Positions 24,500 to 37,791 are shown, counted from the first letter of the stretch. The stretch: DNA of 64,000 nt from Octopus sinensis (GCF_006345805.1 NC_042997.1:189596001-189660000), one strand, 5' to 3'. Translations and numbers: made by a program. Notes: generated by a model not told the origin, from the letters alone.

Positions 24500-25325
24500 G
24501 CGATCATGCTTATTCCGTAACACAAAAAAGAAAATTGGAACGATACGGTCAAACCCCAGTTATCTAATCACAAATTTATCACTCTTTAGCACGCGATCAG
24601 CCGAAGATAGCGCAGCCAATTTAAAGAAAGATTTGACGAAAGAGCGGATAACAAAACCCAACAAGTATTTTGTTGTTAGGACGTTTTTACTTGATTTGAG
24701 GGTAATTTTTGTATTCTGAAACCAAAAATGGAATCCATTTTATTACCACCACATCCAGATTTCAAGATACCCAAATCCCACAATTTTCGAAATTTTCCTC
24801 ATTTTTCAGAAAAATGCATTGTTAACCTGTGAAATTTAGTACAACACTTCTTGACCTTGATGACCAGGAAGTATAAACCGAACCGGAGGAAGCTATGGAT
24901 GATCCGGATTACTTTGGCACAAGCTCATCAGACCCATTGCTATTTGATCAAAATAAACTCGGTGACTTGGCAAGGCACTTACACTTATCAAAATATTCTG
25001 CAGAATAAATCCTTTCTAGGGAAGAAATTAAAGTTACCTTCCAACGCTCTAGAAATCCTTAATTTCTTCCGTTCTTCACAGGAAATGATGAGTTAGTGCA
25101 TTGTACGAACACAGGGACTGCTTCGGAGAATGTGATTAGTGGAATATGATGCAATTGATTGGCACCTTTCTATTGAAACCTCGAAAATAAAAGTATGAAA
25201 TGTCTTCCGCTTTATAATGGAAATATTTTAACCTCCAGTTGCTCAATCTACAAAACTCACAGAGAAATATGAAGTGTGAAAATAGTATTAGAGAAAATTA
25301 ATTACCACAATCATCAGTGAGTATA
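24500..25325 (+). mobile_element. DNA transposase relic, probably CMC/Chapaev3-like
   Basis: SDPLLFDQNKLGDLARHLHLSKYSAE, EYDAIDWHLSIETSK, SMKCLPLYNGN and PVAQSTKLTEKYE..IVLEKINYHNHQ parallel the WRLFIDSSKRSLKxVLLHNGN transposase family. The superfamily label is from recall. Confidence 0.65.
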
Positions 25326-26411
25326 AGCAGTATACTCTTTTACTCTTTTACTTGTTTCAGTCATTTGACTGCGGCCATGCTGGAGCACCGCCTTCAATCG
25401 AGCAACTCGACCCCGGGACTTATTCTTTTGTAAGCCCAGTACTTATTCTATCGGTCTCTTTTGCCGAACCGCTAAGTAACGGGGACATAAACACACCTGC
25501 ATCGGTTGTCAAGCAATGCTAGGGGGACAAACACAGACACACACATATATATATATATACATATATACGACGGGCTTCTTTCATTTTCTGTCTACCAAAT
25601 CCACTCACAAGGCTTTGGTCGGCCCGAGGCTATAGTAGAAGACACTTGCCCAAGGTGCCACGCAGTGGGACTGAACCCAGAACCATGTGGTTGGTAAACA
25701 AGCTACTTACCACACAGCCACTCCTGCGCCTGCAATATTTAATTAGATTTGCTATCTATTTTGCATATTTAATCTATACAAACTATTCGGTAGGTTAGTA
25801 CTCTTTACTCTCTTTACTCTTTTACTTGCTTCAGACATGTGACTGTGGTCATGCTGGAGCATCGCCTTTTGGTCGAGAGCAAATCGACCCCAGGACTTAT
25901 TCTTTGTAAGCCTAGTATTTATTCTATCGGTCTCTTTTGCCGAACCGCTAAGTTACGGGGACGCAAACACACCAGCATCGGTTGTCAAGCGATGTTGGAG
26001 GGACAAACACAGATACACAGACATATGCACACACACATACATATATACATACATATATACGACAGACTTCTTCCAGTTTCCGTCTACCAAATCCACTGAC
26101 AAGGCTTTGGTCGGCCCTAGGCTATAGTAGAAGACACTTGCCCAAGGTGCCACGCAGTGGAACTGAACACGGAACCATGTGATTCGTAAGCAAGCTACTT
26201 ACTGCACAGCCACTCCTGCGCCTATACTGTAGTATTTACATGGAGATATCATCTCTTATTGGACTTGACGTATTAAAAACACATTAAATATCAGAGAGAG
26301 ACGAAAGATTATTGCTGAAAGAGTGCTTGTTGCATCTCGGCTTTCTTGTGTTTTTCAATACCCAACCATCTATTTGGTTGAGATTTCGTTACTTCTGGAT
26401 GTAGGAAAAAG

Positions 26412-27015
26412 AGAAAAGATGTTGCGGACAACAGCACGCCGGGCGAAATGCTTAGCGGTATTTCGTCTGCCGCTACGTTCTGAGTTCAAATTCCGCCGAG
26501 ATCGACTTCGCCTTTCATCCTTTCGGGGTCGATTAAATAAGTACCAGTTACGCCCTGGGGTTGGTTGATATAATCGACTTAATCCGTTTGTCTGTCCTTG
26601 CTTGCCCTCTCTGTGTTTATCCCCTTGTGGGTAGTAAAGAAATGGGTATTTCGTCTGCCGTTACGTTCTGAGTTCAAATTCCGCCGAGATCGACTTCGCC
26701 TTTCATCCTTTCGGGGTCGATTAAATAAGTACCAGTTACGCCCTGGGGTTGATATAATCGACTTAATCCGTTTGTCTGTCCTTGTTTGCCCTCTCTGTGT
26801 TTATCCCCTTGTGGGTAGTAAAGAAATGGGTATTTCGTCTGCCGTTACGTTCTGAGTTCAAATTCCGCCGAGGTCAACATTGCCTTTCATCCTTTCGGGG
26901 TCGATTAAATAAGTACCAGTTACGCACTGGGGTCGATGTGATCGACTTAATCCGTGTGTCTGTCCTTGTTTGTCCTCTCTGTTTTTCGCCCCTTGTGAGT
27001 AGTAAAGAAATAGGT
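26412..27015 (+). mobile_element. SINE family A trimer; units 1 and 2 share private variants
   Basis: gagatcgacttcgcc and gttacgccctgggg occur in units 1 and 2 only. Confidence 0.9.
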
Positions 27016-27849
27016 GTATTATAAATCCGCCATACGTAACTGAAGCAGTATTCAATGAAAGATGCTGTTTATACAGCATATTTAGTGTATGAAAACTGTT
27101 CATATGCCAGTTACTGCAGTATTTGATCTGGGATAAAATCTCTTATGGATTGCTATTTTAAATTCTCAATAAATATCAGAAAAAGACGCAAGCTCGTCTG
27201 GTAGCGGCCAGCGAGAATGCCAGATGCAATTTCGCCTTTTTGGACATTTTTAGTGGTGTAAGAGAACGTGCCATTGAAGACACACGTGATTCGATTCCCG
27301 TAAGTAATACTGAAAGTGCCTTTCGTCTTCTATATAAAATATACTAAATATATTGTGGTCGAGTGGTCAGGGTATTCAGATCACAATCTTAAGGTCTTGA
27401 GTTCGATAACCGGACCGGCGGCGTGTTGTGTCCTTGAGCAAGACACTTCATTAAACTTTGCTCCTTTCAACTCAGATGGAAAAAATAAGTTGTACTTGTA
27501 TTTGACAAATGACCAGTCTTGTCACGCTCTGTGTCACGCTGAATCTCATATAAATAAGTGCTTTCAGTACACATAATCATATTGTATGTGTAAATAAATT
27601 CTAAATACGTTTATAGGCGTATATGTCATTACCATATAGTCAGTCTCTCAGTGTAAATAGTTACGCGTTTAAACTATAGATCTCCTCTACCCGCCCCACC
27701 TCTCTCTCTTTCTCTCTCTTCCTCTCCCTCTCTCCCCCCTCTCTCTCCCACTTTCTCTGGTGGATGAACTCGAGAACCGCTCGACGAGTTTCCAGTTGTT
27801 ATAGCCGTCTTAACTTGGTCTGCTTTCATGGCAAGCTGAATTAATGTTC

Positions 27850-27952
27850 GCATACATACATACACATATACATACATACATACATACATACATATAGACA
27901 GGCATATATATACATATGTATATATATGTATATATATATTTATATATATATA

Positions 27953-28003
<51 letters not shown>

Positions 28004-28516
28004 ATGTCATATATATATATATATATACATACATACATACATACATACATACATCATACATACATACATACATACATGCATACATATATACATATATACA
28101 TATATATATATATACATACATACATACATACATACATACATACATACATACATACATACATACATACATACACATATGCATGCCTAAATAAATGCGCTCA
28201 TAAATGTATACCCAAACACATATGTACGTGTCACAACTTATGTTCTTAGGAAATTTATGTATCCATTTAGCTTCATAACAAATATGGGAATATATTGCAC
28301 AAGAACTCACATTTCCTAATTGAATTTGTTCCATATGAACGCCATTAGGGAAAGTTATATTTATATGACTAAATGAATCGCTTTCTACCTATAGAAAAGT
28401 CAACATTTTGATATTTGTACATCTGAACGAATCCGAATTATTTTAGCTATATAAATATCTAAAGATTGTTTAGTAATTATAGAAATATTCCGTTTTCTTA
28501 TACATATAAATACATA

Positions 28517-28560
<44 letters not shown>

Positions 28561-28611
28561 TTATATATAATATATATATATATATATGTGTGTATGTATG
28601 TATGTATATAT

Positions 28612-28673
<62 letters not shown>

Positions 28674-28740
28674 GTAAAATATATATATATATATAAACAC
28701 CTTATATATACTTATAGCTATCTCTCTTTCCATGTACATA
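27850..28740. repeat. (TA)n/(ATAC)n/(TG)n compound microsatellites
   Basis: Direct inspection. Confidence 0.95.
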
Positions 28741-29436
28741 GTTATCTCTCAGGGTTTATCAGCTATCATCTTTCTAAAGAATTAAGGAAGAAAGGGCTCC
28801 AACATATGTTAGGAATAACCATATTTGCAATCTTCCTTGGAAACTCTATCATTATCGTATAGACCTTATCTACATTGAAAAACAGAACAGATGTTGTTTC
28901 TTTAGAGCCAAAAGCAACATCAACTTAAATGGCTAATAATTATGTAGGAAACATAAACGGAAACAATTGTGGAATATTAACACTTCGTAAGGCGGCGAGC
29001 GGACAGAATCGGCAGCACGCCGAGCAGAATGCTTAGTGCCATTTTGTACGTCTTTACGTTCTGAGTTCAAATCGTGCCGAAGCCAATTGTGTCTGTCATC
29101 TTTTTGTGGTCGATAAAATAACTGCCAGTTGAGTATTGGGAGTCGATGTGAGTGTATGTATGTATGTATATATATATATATCCCTGTCGAATTTTATCCG
29201 CCATTTCCAAATTTATCCCTGTCGAATTTTATCCGTTATTTTTGTGGTTTACAGAACTTAGCTGTTCTTTCTAACGTGTTGAATTCACTTTAAGTGGATT
29301 CCTTATGTGTATAAATATGCACTATATCGTATGACTAATATATAGTCTTCTTGACTAATTTTTTTTGCACGTTAGACCACTGGAAATGTAAATTTTGATT
29401 GAATGTTTTAATTTTTATTAAATTCCATTTCCCTTT

Positions 29437-29508
<72 letters not shown>

Positions 29509-29660
29509 ATAATATGCATGTATGTATGTATGTATATATATGTACATATATTCTTTTATTCCTTTATTTGTTTCAGTCATTTGACTGCGCCGCAGTCACA
29601 TGACTGAAACAAGTAAAAGAGTATAAGAGTAAAAGTGTAAACCTTATGAACCGCCCATAG

Positions 29661-29832
29661 CAGGGGGTCGCCAGACTTCGGCCCCAGGGCCGGATCCGGC
29701 CCGCGTGGTCAGTTCATCCGGCTCTCCGCCGCAGTGTATCTTTTGTGTAAGTACCTGCAATGAGAGCTCATTTGCCTCTGATATGGCATTAGTCTTTGAA
29801 ACAACTTATGTCTGGGAGCAAACATTTCTAGT
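29661..29832 (+). mobile_element. hAT-Charlie deletion derivative
   Basis: Terminus cagggggtcgccagacttcggccccagggccggatccggcccgc; ASDMALVFETTYVWEQTF resembles the hAT dimerisation motif FGSTYxCEQxFS. Confidence 0.7.
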
Positions 29833-31078
29833 ATAGTTCCAGGGCCTTAAATTTCGGAATCGGTACGTTGATGAAATCAACCCAATTTGCGACTGATATA
29901 CTTTTATTATATCGACCTCTAAAAGAAGGAAAGGAAGAACCGACTGCAGCAGTAGGGGGCGGTGCGTCTATGAGAAAATAGTTTGCATAAAGCCTGTAGT
30001 TCTGGTTTATGAAAATGCCTATAGTACTGATCTATTCTGATATACCAGCAAAACTTTAATCGTATTCTTCTGATCCGTTTATCCGATAAAGAGGATCAAT
30101 TTCATAATTTGGCGAAGCTGCTGGTTGAGAACCGTAATCTGACAGAGTTCTTTATCGATCTAAGACATCGCTAACTATTGTTGAAAGAATTACGGGTGTT
30201 TTCCTGAAAACACTGGGAACAATGTCCCACAATTTTTCTCACATTTTATTTCTTTCATAAAGCCTCATTATACAATACTGGGGTCTTGAAATGCGCTTGT
30301 ACACATGCTAACATACAGGCAACATGCTAACATACAGGCAACATGCATACATACACACATACTCTTTTACTTGTTTCAGTCATTTGACAGTGGCCATGCT
30401 GGAGCACCGCCTTTAGTCGAGCAAATCGACCCCGGGACTTATTCTTTGTAAGCCCAGTACTTATTCTATCGGTCTCTTTTGCCGAACCGCTAGGTGACGG
30501 GGACGTAAACACACCAGCATCGGTTGTCAAGCAATGCTAGGAGGACAAACACAGACACACAAACATACACACAAATACATGAAATCTCTCTCTCTCTATT
30601 CTCTTTTACTTGTTTCAGTCATTTGACTGCGGCCATGCTGGAGCACCGCCTTTAGTCGAGCAAATCGACCCCGGGACTTATTCTTTGTGAGCCCAGTACT
30701 TATTCTAACGGTCTCTTTTGCCGAACCGCTAAGTGACGGGGACGTAAACACACCAGCATCGGTTGTCAAGCGATGTTGGGAGGACAAACACAGACACACA
30801 AACACACACACACATACACATATATACATACATATATACGACAGACTTCTATCAGTTTCTGTCTACTAAACCCACTCACAAGGCATTGGTCGGCCCGGGG
30901 CTATAGCACAAGACACTTGCCCAAGACGCCACGCAGTGGAACTGAACCCGGAACAATGTGGTTGGTTAGCAAGCTACTTACCACACAGCCACTCCTTATA
31001 TATATATATATATATATATATATGTAAGCGATAATAAATCTCTGAACGATATATATATATATATATAATATATATATA

Positions 31079-31111
<33 letters not shown>

Positions 31112-31572
31112 TATATATATATACACGTGCGTTCATACGTGCAGACACATATTCACGTGTATGAGCAGACACGCACATACACGCATGCATTCACATATAT
31201 ATATTAACTGATGTGATTATATTTTGTTGAGTGACAGCATACATGCATTTGTCTGAGTTTGCAGAGTGCAAAATTTGTTTGCGTGCAATATTAAATTGGT
31301 TATTAGCGACAAGAGGAAAGAAGGCTCCGTTAAGTAGCAGAAACAGCAGCAACAAGAACAATCAGAAAGACAAAAAGACAACTAAACAACAGCAATAATG
31401 TTGATATTAGCATTTAAAGACCTCTTTTTGCTTTTTTTGTTTTTTATTTCCCACAAGGGCAAGACAGACAATTACAGAACATTAAAGTACACAGGCAAAT
31501 AACAAAACTGAAAATACAAAAATTATGTACGCACGCACACACACAAATATTTAGATATATATTATGCATATG

Positions 31573-31616
<44 letters not shown>

Positions 31617-31936
31617 CATATACATACGTGTATGTATATATCTGTATACACCCCCACACATATATTTGTGTATATGTATGTGTATATATATATGTGTGTG
31701 TGTATGCATGTTTATATGCATATGTATATGTATGTATGAATGTAAATATGCACGTATATATGTATATATCAATATATATATATATGTGTGTGTGCGTATA
31801 TATTTATATATATATCTGTCTATATATCTATCTATATGTATATATATATATATATATATCTTGTTTTTCCTTGTCCTGTCTTTTACTGTTTATAATTTGT
31901 ACTGTCGTTACTGTCCTGTTTTTGTTACCATTTTTT

Positions 31937-32070
31937 ACCCCTCTGCGAAAAGAGCTCAGAATTTTAATTGATTTGCTTTTCGCAGGAAGGAAAGTTTCTT
32001 GTCGAAGATACGTCTCGCTTTCACCTTCGAAACGTAGAGTAGATGAAACCATAGCGACTGAAGAAGGGTT
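31937..32070 (+). ncRNA. Non-circularly permuted hammerhead ribozyme candidate 1
   Basis: Stem II GAAGG 31986-90/CCTTC 32024-28; stem III TACGT 32009-13/ACGTA 32032-36; C17 at 32014; stem I TCGCT 32015-19/AGCGA 32053-57; GAAA 32029-32; CTGAAGA 32058-64. Confidence 0.75.
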
Positions 32071-32269
32071 TTTTCTTTGTGTTAATTGTCCTGTACTCTA
32101 TTTTTTGTTGTTTAAAAAATGTCCAGTTCCTTTGGTTTGTGTCTATGTTTTCGTTTCTCATTGTGTTCGACGTCTTTTTGGTGTCCTGTACTCATATATG
32201 CGTCTATATGTACATGTAGAGGTAGGTACGTACATATATGTTTATATATATGCATATGTTTATTTTATT

Positions 32270-32322
<53 letters not shown>

Positions 32323-32337
32323 TATATAGTATATAAA

Positions 32338-32372
<35 letters not shown>

Positions 32373-32504
32373 ATATATATATGTATATATAAAATACAAA
32401 ATGGGACAAGAACGCAAAACATCCAGACAGTTAGGTGATACAAAAATGAAACAACAAAACATCCAGATAGATGATACAAAGAAAACAAGGACGGGTCATT
32501 CGGA

Positions 32505-32615
32505 GTTTTCTTTCCACAGTCGAGTTCCAGATTATGTTTGCAATTTCGGCTGGTTACACTCGAGATTGCTCCAATCTGGCCAGCCCCAAGGAAAATGTTC
32601 AAATGTACAGAAAAC
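32505..32615 (-). ncRNA. Non-circularly permuted hammerhead ribozyme candidate 2
   Basis: Minus strand: GGCTGG/CCAGCC, GCAAT/ATTGC, C17 at 32564, TCGAG/CTCGA, CCAGATT/AATCTGG, GAAA 32544-47, core CTGTGGA 32513-19 (A6 to U). Confidence 0.72.
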
Positions 32616-32685
32616 AAATGGCAAAGACAGGTGAGGAAACAACAAGCAAAAGTGCATTAGTTCGACACTCAGGAAGAATGGAAAA

Positions 32686-32725
32686 GTCTTTGACGTTTTG
32701 AGCCTTCGCTCTTCGACTAAAAGGG
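32686..32725 (-). ncRNA. Degenerate minimal type I hammerhead-like motif (same family as 55821-55858)
   Basis: cttt-tagtcga-a-GAGC gaag GCTC-aaaa-cgt-c-aaag. Confidence 0.45.
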
Positions 32726-34101
32726 ATGAGAGGTAAAAAATGGAGAGAACGAACCACTTCTTTAGCTATCTGTTGCTTATGAGATCGTTATCTTTTCTTT
32801 TCTTTTTCTTCCCACTCTCTGCGTTTTTTTCTTCTAGTCTATATGTATACATCAAGTGATTTTTGCATGCGGGCAAGATTGCATATACATATGTATATGT
32901 GTACTTCTGTGTATATTTACGTCTTGCATTTATATGTCTGCATATGTATGTGGTCTGTGTACATCCATCTGTGTATTTTGATGTATATATGTATATTGAT
33001 GGTTTAGTATGCGTATATACTGTTGTGAAATATTTTAATTTTCAATGTATTAATTGTATTAATCGAATTATATTTCATATATAATTAATGAGAATATGTA
33101 TTTTGAATCCGCTCTTCGATTTAAGGTTTTTCCTCGATTTTTATAATTTATATTTTATATTGAATTCATTTATTTTGTTTATTTTGTTTATCTCATGCTT
33201 AAGACCGTTATTTGAAAGGACCAATGAAACAAATCCATTTTTAACTAGTTTTTATCATATTGTTATTTCTGTTCTATTTTAACAAAACTAACCATTAAGC
33301 CACACGCCTTAAATGACACCAGTCACAAAGCATAGCTCTGGCTTATGGTCGCATATGAAGTACAATCCGTAGTTGGTCAGTCTTGATGTGGCTTTTGGTA
33401 AATGAAATCTCTCTCTCTCTTTTCTCTGTTACTTGTTTCAGTCATTTGACTGCGGCCATGCTGGAGCACCGCTTTTAGTCGAGCAAATCGACCCCGGGAC
33501 TTATTCTTTGTAAGCCTAGTACTTATTCTATCGGCCTCTTTTGCTGAACCGCTAGGTGACGGGGACTTAAACACACCAGCATCGGTTGTCAAGCAATGCT
33601 AGGAGGACAAACACAGACACACAAACATACACACAAATACATATATATATACATATATACGACATGCTTCTTTCAGTTTCCGTTTACCAAATCCACTCAC
33701 AAGGCATTGGTCGGCCCGAGGCTATAACAGAAAACACTTGGCCAAGGTGCCACGCAGTGGGACTGAACCCGGAACCATGTGGTTGGTAAGCAAGCTACTA
33801 CCACACAGCCACTCCTGCAATCAGTTGGGAACTCTTCAAAATTTCTGATGTTTCTGAAGTAAGTACCAACGGAAAGGATTTTCTGCGCGCTTGGCTGTAT
33901 TTAAGAACTATCTGCTCAGAAAAGTCGAAAAAAATATCGAAAATTAACAACAAGCTACTGTTTTAGGGTACAACCGGATGCATCTCCGATGCTGTTGAAG
34001 GATATCGTTTCGTTTTCGATACCAGGAAGCAACTAGGAAGCCAAAGAGTTCCCTACGCCCGACAATAACCAGCAGTGACACGCTGTTGTCTTGTAATTAT
34101 A

Positions 34102-34517
34102 GATTTCTTTATTGCCCACAAGGAGCTAAACATAGAGGGGACAAACAAGGACAGACAGAGGGTTTAAGTCGATTACATCGACCCCAGTGCGAAACTGGTA
34201 CATTATATATTGACCCCGAAAGGATGAAAGGCAAAGTCGACCTCGGCGGAATTTGAACTCAGATCGTAACGACAGACAAAATACCTATTTCTTTATTACC
34301 CACAAGGGGCTAAACACAGAGAGGACAAACAAGGACATACAAACGAATTAAGTCGATTATATCGACCCCAGAGCGTAACTGGTACTTAATTTATCGACCC
34401 CGAAAGGATGAAAGGCAAAGTCGACATCGGCGGAATTTTAACTCAGAACGTAACGACAGACGAAATACCGCTAAGCATTTCGCCCGGTGCGCTAACGTGT
34501 CTGCCAGCTCGCCGCCT
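34102..34517 (-). mobile_element. SINE family A dimer inside a single 16-bp TSD
   Basis: ttgtctt(g/a)taattata at 34086-34101 and 34518-34533. Confidence 0.9.
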
Positions 34518-35383
34518 TTGTCTTATAATTATAAGCGGATGATGGAAAGCGGGCCGGGATACCATATTATTAGAGTCAGTGACAAAACGAGTTCTCCCCA
34601 AGATATGAAAAACAAAAAAATTGAAGGAGCAACCTATCTCCCCATCCCATCCCCACCACTACTACCACTGCCATCACCACAATGGCAAATTGAAATTCAC
34701 AGATCTTTAATAAACAACGATGAACTGATAGAGCTACGAAACGAACCGAAGGACGTCGAATGGAGTAACAACGTGCTGACTAAAGAGGAGATGAACTCCG
34801 ATTTTATGAAACATTCAAATGATGGATTGGTAGTAATGACCATACGGGCAGTCTTTGAACTATTGCTGTGCAATTTCATAGAGAATATGAGACATTTCTG
34901 ACGTGATCCAGCCCTGAAGATTTTCTCACGCACAAACGGATAGCGCAATTTCATGGTGTAGCAAGAGATAAATGTCATAGGGTGCTCTTGTCCAACATTC
35001 TTGGTGAATTCTCACTCATGTGTGGTTGAGAAAACCTAAATGTTTTTCATTTATTTTACTTTATTCGTTTTAATTATAGCATGTTTTATATAATTTATTA
35101 CAATTATAGCATGTTTTATATAATTTATTACAAAATATTACTAATTTTGCTTAAATTAAATTTTTGATATGTTCTTTGTACAACGTCTTTATATTTCTCT
35201 TCGTTTTTATATAACATAGGCGTAGGAGTGGCTGTGTGGTAAGTAGCTTGCTTACCAACCACGTGGTTCCGGTTTCAGTTCCACTGAGTGGCACCTTGGG
35301 CAAGTGTCTTCTACTATAGCCTCGGGACGACCAAAGCCTTGTGAGTGGATTTGGTAGACGGAAACTGAAAGAAGCCCGTCGTA

Positions 35384-35438
<55 letters not shown>

Positions 35439-36109
35439 ATACATATATACATGTATGTGTGTGTATATGTTTGTGTGTCTGTGTTTGTGCCCCCAACATC
35501 GTTTGACAACCGATGCTGCTGTGTTTACGTCCCCGTAACTTAGCGGGTCGGCAAAAGAGACCGATAGAATTAGTACCGATAGAATAAGTCCTGGGGTCGA
35601 TTTGCTCGACTAAAGGCGGTGCTCCAGCATGACCACAGTCACATGACTGAAACAAGTAAAAGAGTAAAGAGTAAAAGAGTAACTTTGCCTCGTCAATCTT
35701 CATCCTCGCGTTTTGTAACCTCCCTGTTTTAATGATTTATTTTATGTATGAGCCCTTGAGAAAAGATTATTAAAATAAAGTACCAGTCAATGTAATCGAC
35801 AAGTCTCATCCCCTAATTCCAGGCCTTGTACCTACAATAGAAAGAGTATTATTACAAGGTAGTGCAAAAATGTTCCTGGCTGTAAGGGCATTAGGAAAGG
35901 CCTAGTTAGAGGCCCAACCATCCGAGTTCCTATACAGGGCTTAGAAAAACTGAAGGACCACTGCAATAAATCTGTGAATCTGAGAAGAGAATTCGTCGAA
36001 TCAAATCATAATTAAGTGATACTCCTGTATTTTCTTTTACCCAAAGTCAGGAGATTTTCATCACATCCTCGTTTTGAGTCAGAGAGTAGCACATGCTTGT
36101 AAAATGACG

Positions 36110-36563
36110 CTGGGATATAAATATACAAAATCCAATATACCCATTATGACTATCTGTCTAATAAAGGTACACCAGCCACATGCGTCACAATCATATGTAT
36201 GCGACATGGTGATCTCATATCAAGATAAACACCTTGCAGGAGGGGCCCACGTGTAGCTCATCCCACTCAGAAGGTCTCCGAACAAGAATGATGAATTAAA
36301 CACCCATATTTCCAGCGATGAATTATTCAATCCTCAAAGAATCCCTCTCAATACATGGCTATGATTCTCTATCACTACTGCTCGTGGTCAGAAATGCACA
36401 TATCGTCAGTAAGGGACATACTCAAGCATCTGACAAGCAGATTCGTGTTACCGAGCAGAATATTTGCTGTAGCCCATCTTTTATACCAAGACAAAACAAT
36501 GTACATGATAACACTTCCAATCAGTTAAGATCAGAAGCCATGAGAGCCACTGTCTGGTACTGT

Positions 36564-36595
<32 letters not shown>

Positions 36596-37155
36596 TATTA
36601 TTATTATTATTATTATTATTGAGTGAGAGAACAGTGCATGCCATCAAAGTGACACTGGGGTAAAATATACGAAACCCAGTATACTCATCGTGACTACTCG
36701 TCTGATAAGGGTACTCTAGGCACATGCATCACAACCTATGTGCACCGACATGGTGATCTCATGTCAAGATAAACAGCACATGACCTTGCAGGTGGGGCTC
36801 AGTTAGAATTTTCTTCTGGTCGAGTAACCCATCCCGCTCAAAAGGTCACTGAATAAGGATTGTTTAAGGATGTTGAAAGAACCACCCATGTTTCCAAAGG
36901 TGAATTATCCAAACCTCCAAGAATTCCTTTCAACACACGGCTATGATGCTCCCCCACTACTTCTGCTTGTAATCAGAGATGCACATATCGTCAGCTGGTT
37001 AAGGTCAAACAACTGACAAGCAAATCTGTGGTATTGGGCAGAATATTTGCTGTCGCCCATCTTTTATACCAAGACAAAACAATGTACATGATAACACTTC
37101 CAATCAGTTAAGATCAGAAGCCATGAGAGCCACTGTCTGGTATTGCATCAAGGCA
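36110..37155. mobile_element. Two tandem copies of the 578-1260 repeat family separated by (ATC/ATT)n
   Basis: Shared cccatcttttataccaagacaaaacaatgtacatgataacacttccaatcagttaagatcagaagccatgagagccactg. Confidence 0.85.
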
Positions 37156-37225
37156 TTTATCATCATCATCATCATCATCATATCATCATCATCATCATCA
37201 TCATCACCATCATCACCATCATCAC

Positions 37226-37273
<48 letters not shown>

Positions 37274-37769
37274 TATTAAGGCAGCCAGCTGATTAAGTAG
37301 AATCGTTAGCACGTTGGACGAAATGCTTAGTAGTAGTATTTCTTCCACTTGTACGTTATGAGTTCAAATTCCACCAAGGTCGTATTTGTCTCTTTTCCTT
37401 TCAAGGTCGATAAAGTAAGTATCAGTTGAGCAAATAATGGAGTTGACGTAATCGACTAGCTGCTTCCCACCAAGGTTTCAAGCCTTGTGTCTATAATAGA
37501 AAGCATCCACCCCGCCTCCTCCTCCTCCTCCTCCTCCTCTGCATCATCATCATCATCATCATCATCAGGGTAAGCTATGCTAACGAAACTGCAAGAATGC
37601 AGTATTACTTAAAAATTGTAAACGGGTGGCAGGATATGCGCAAGCGTTTGTTTGCTTGTTTGGTTTTATATACTTTTTATTTTATTTTTACGTTTTGTTT
37701 TTAACTGGTTGTAGGTTGTTGGTGTTGGTGTTGGTGGTGAGGTGAGACGAGTGTATAGTCATTAGTTTT

Positions 37770-37791
37770 GATTAATACTATTATTAATATT

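Noticed and set aside
26412-27015. Repeat arrays resembling CRISPR
   Set aside because: Units of about 190 bp are SINE bodies with no unique spacers, in a eukaryotic context with no cas genes.
34497-34901. 134-aa ORF, possibly a pogo/Tigger C-terminal relic
   Set aside because: It starts within a SINE and has only a vague compositional resemblance; no diagnostic motif.
35071-35135. 30-bp exact tandem duplication
   Set aside because: Ordinary slippage duplication with no further structure.
36620-37155. HDV-like ribozyme in the triplet-repeat-targeting element
   Set aside because: Local hairpins exist, but I could not assign the nested double pseudoknot or the L3 consensus.
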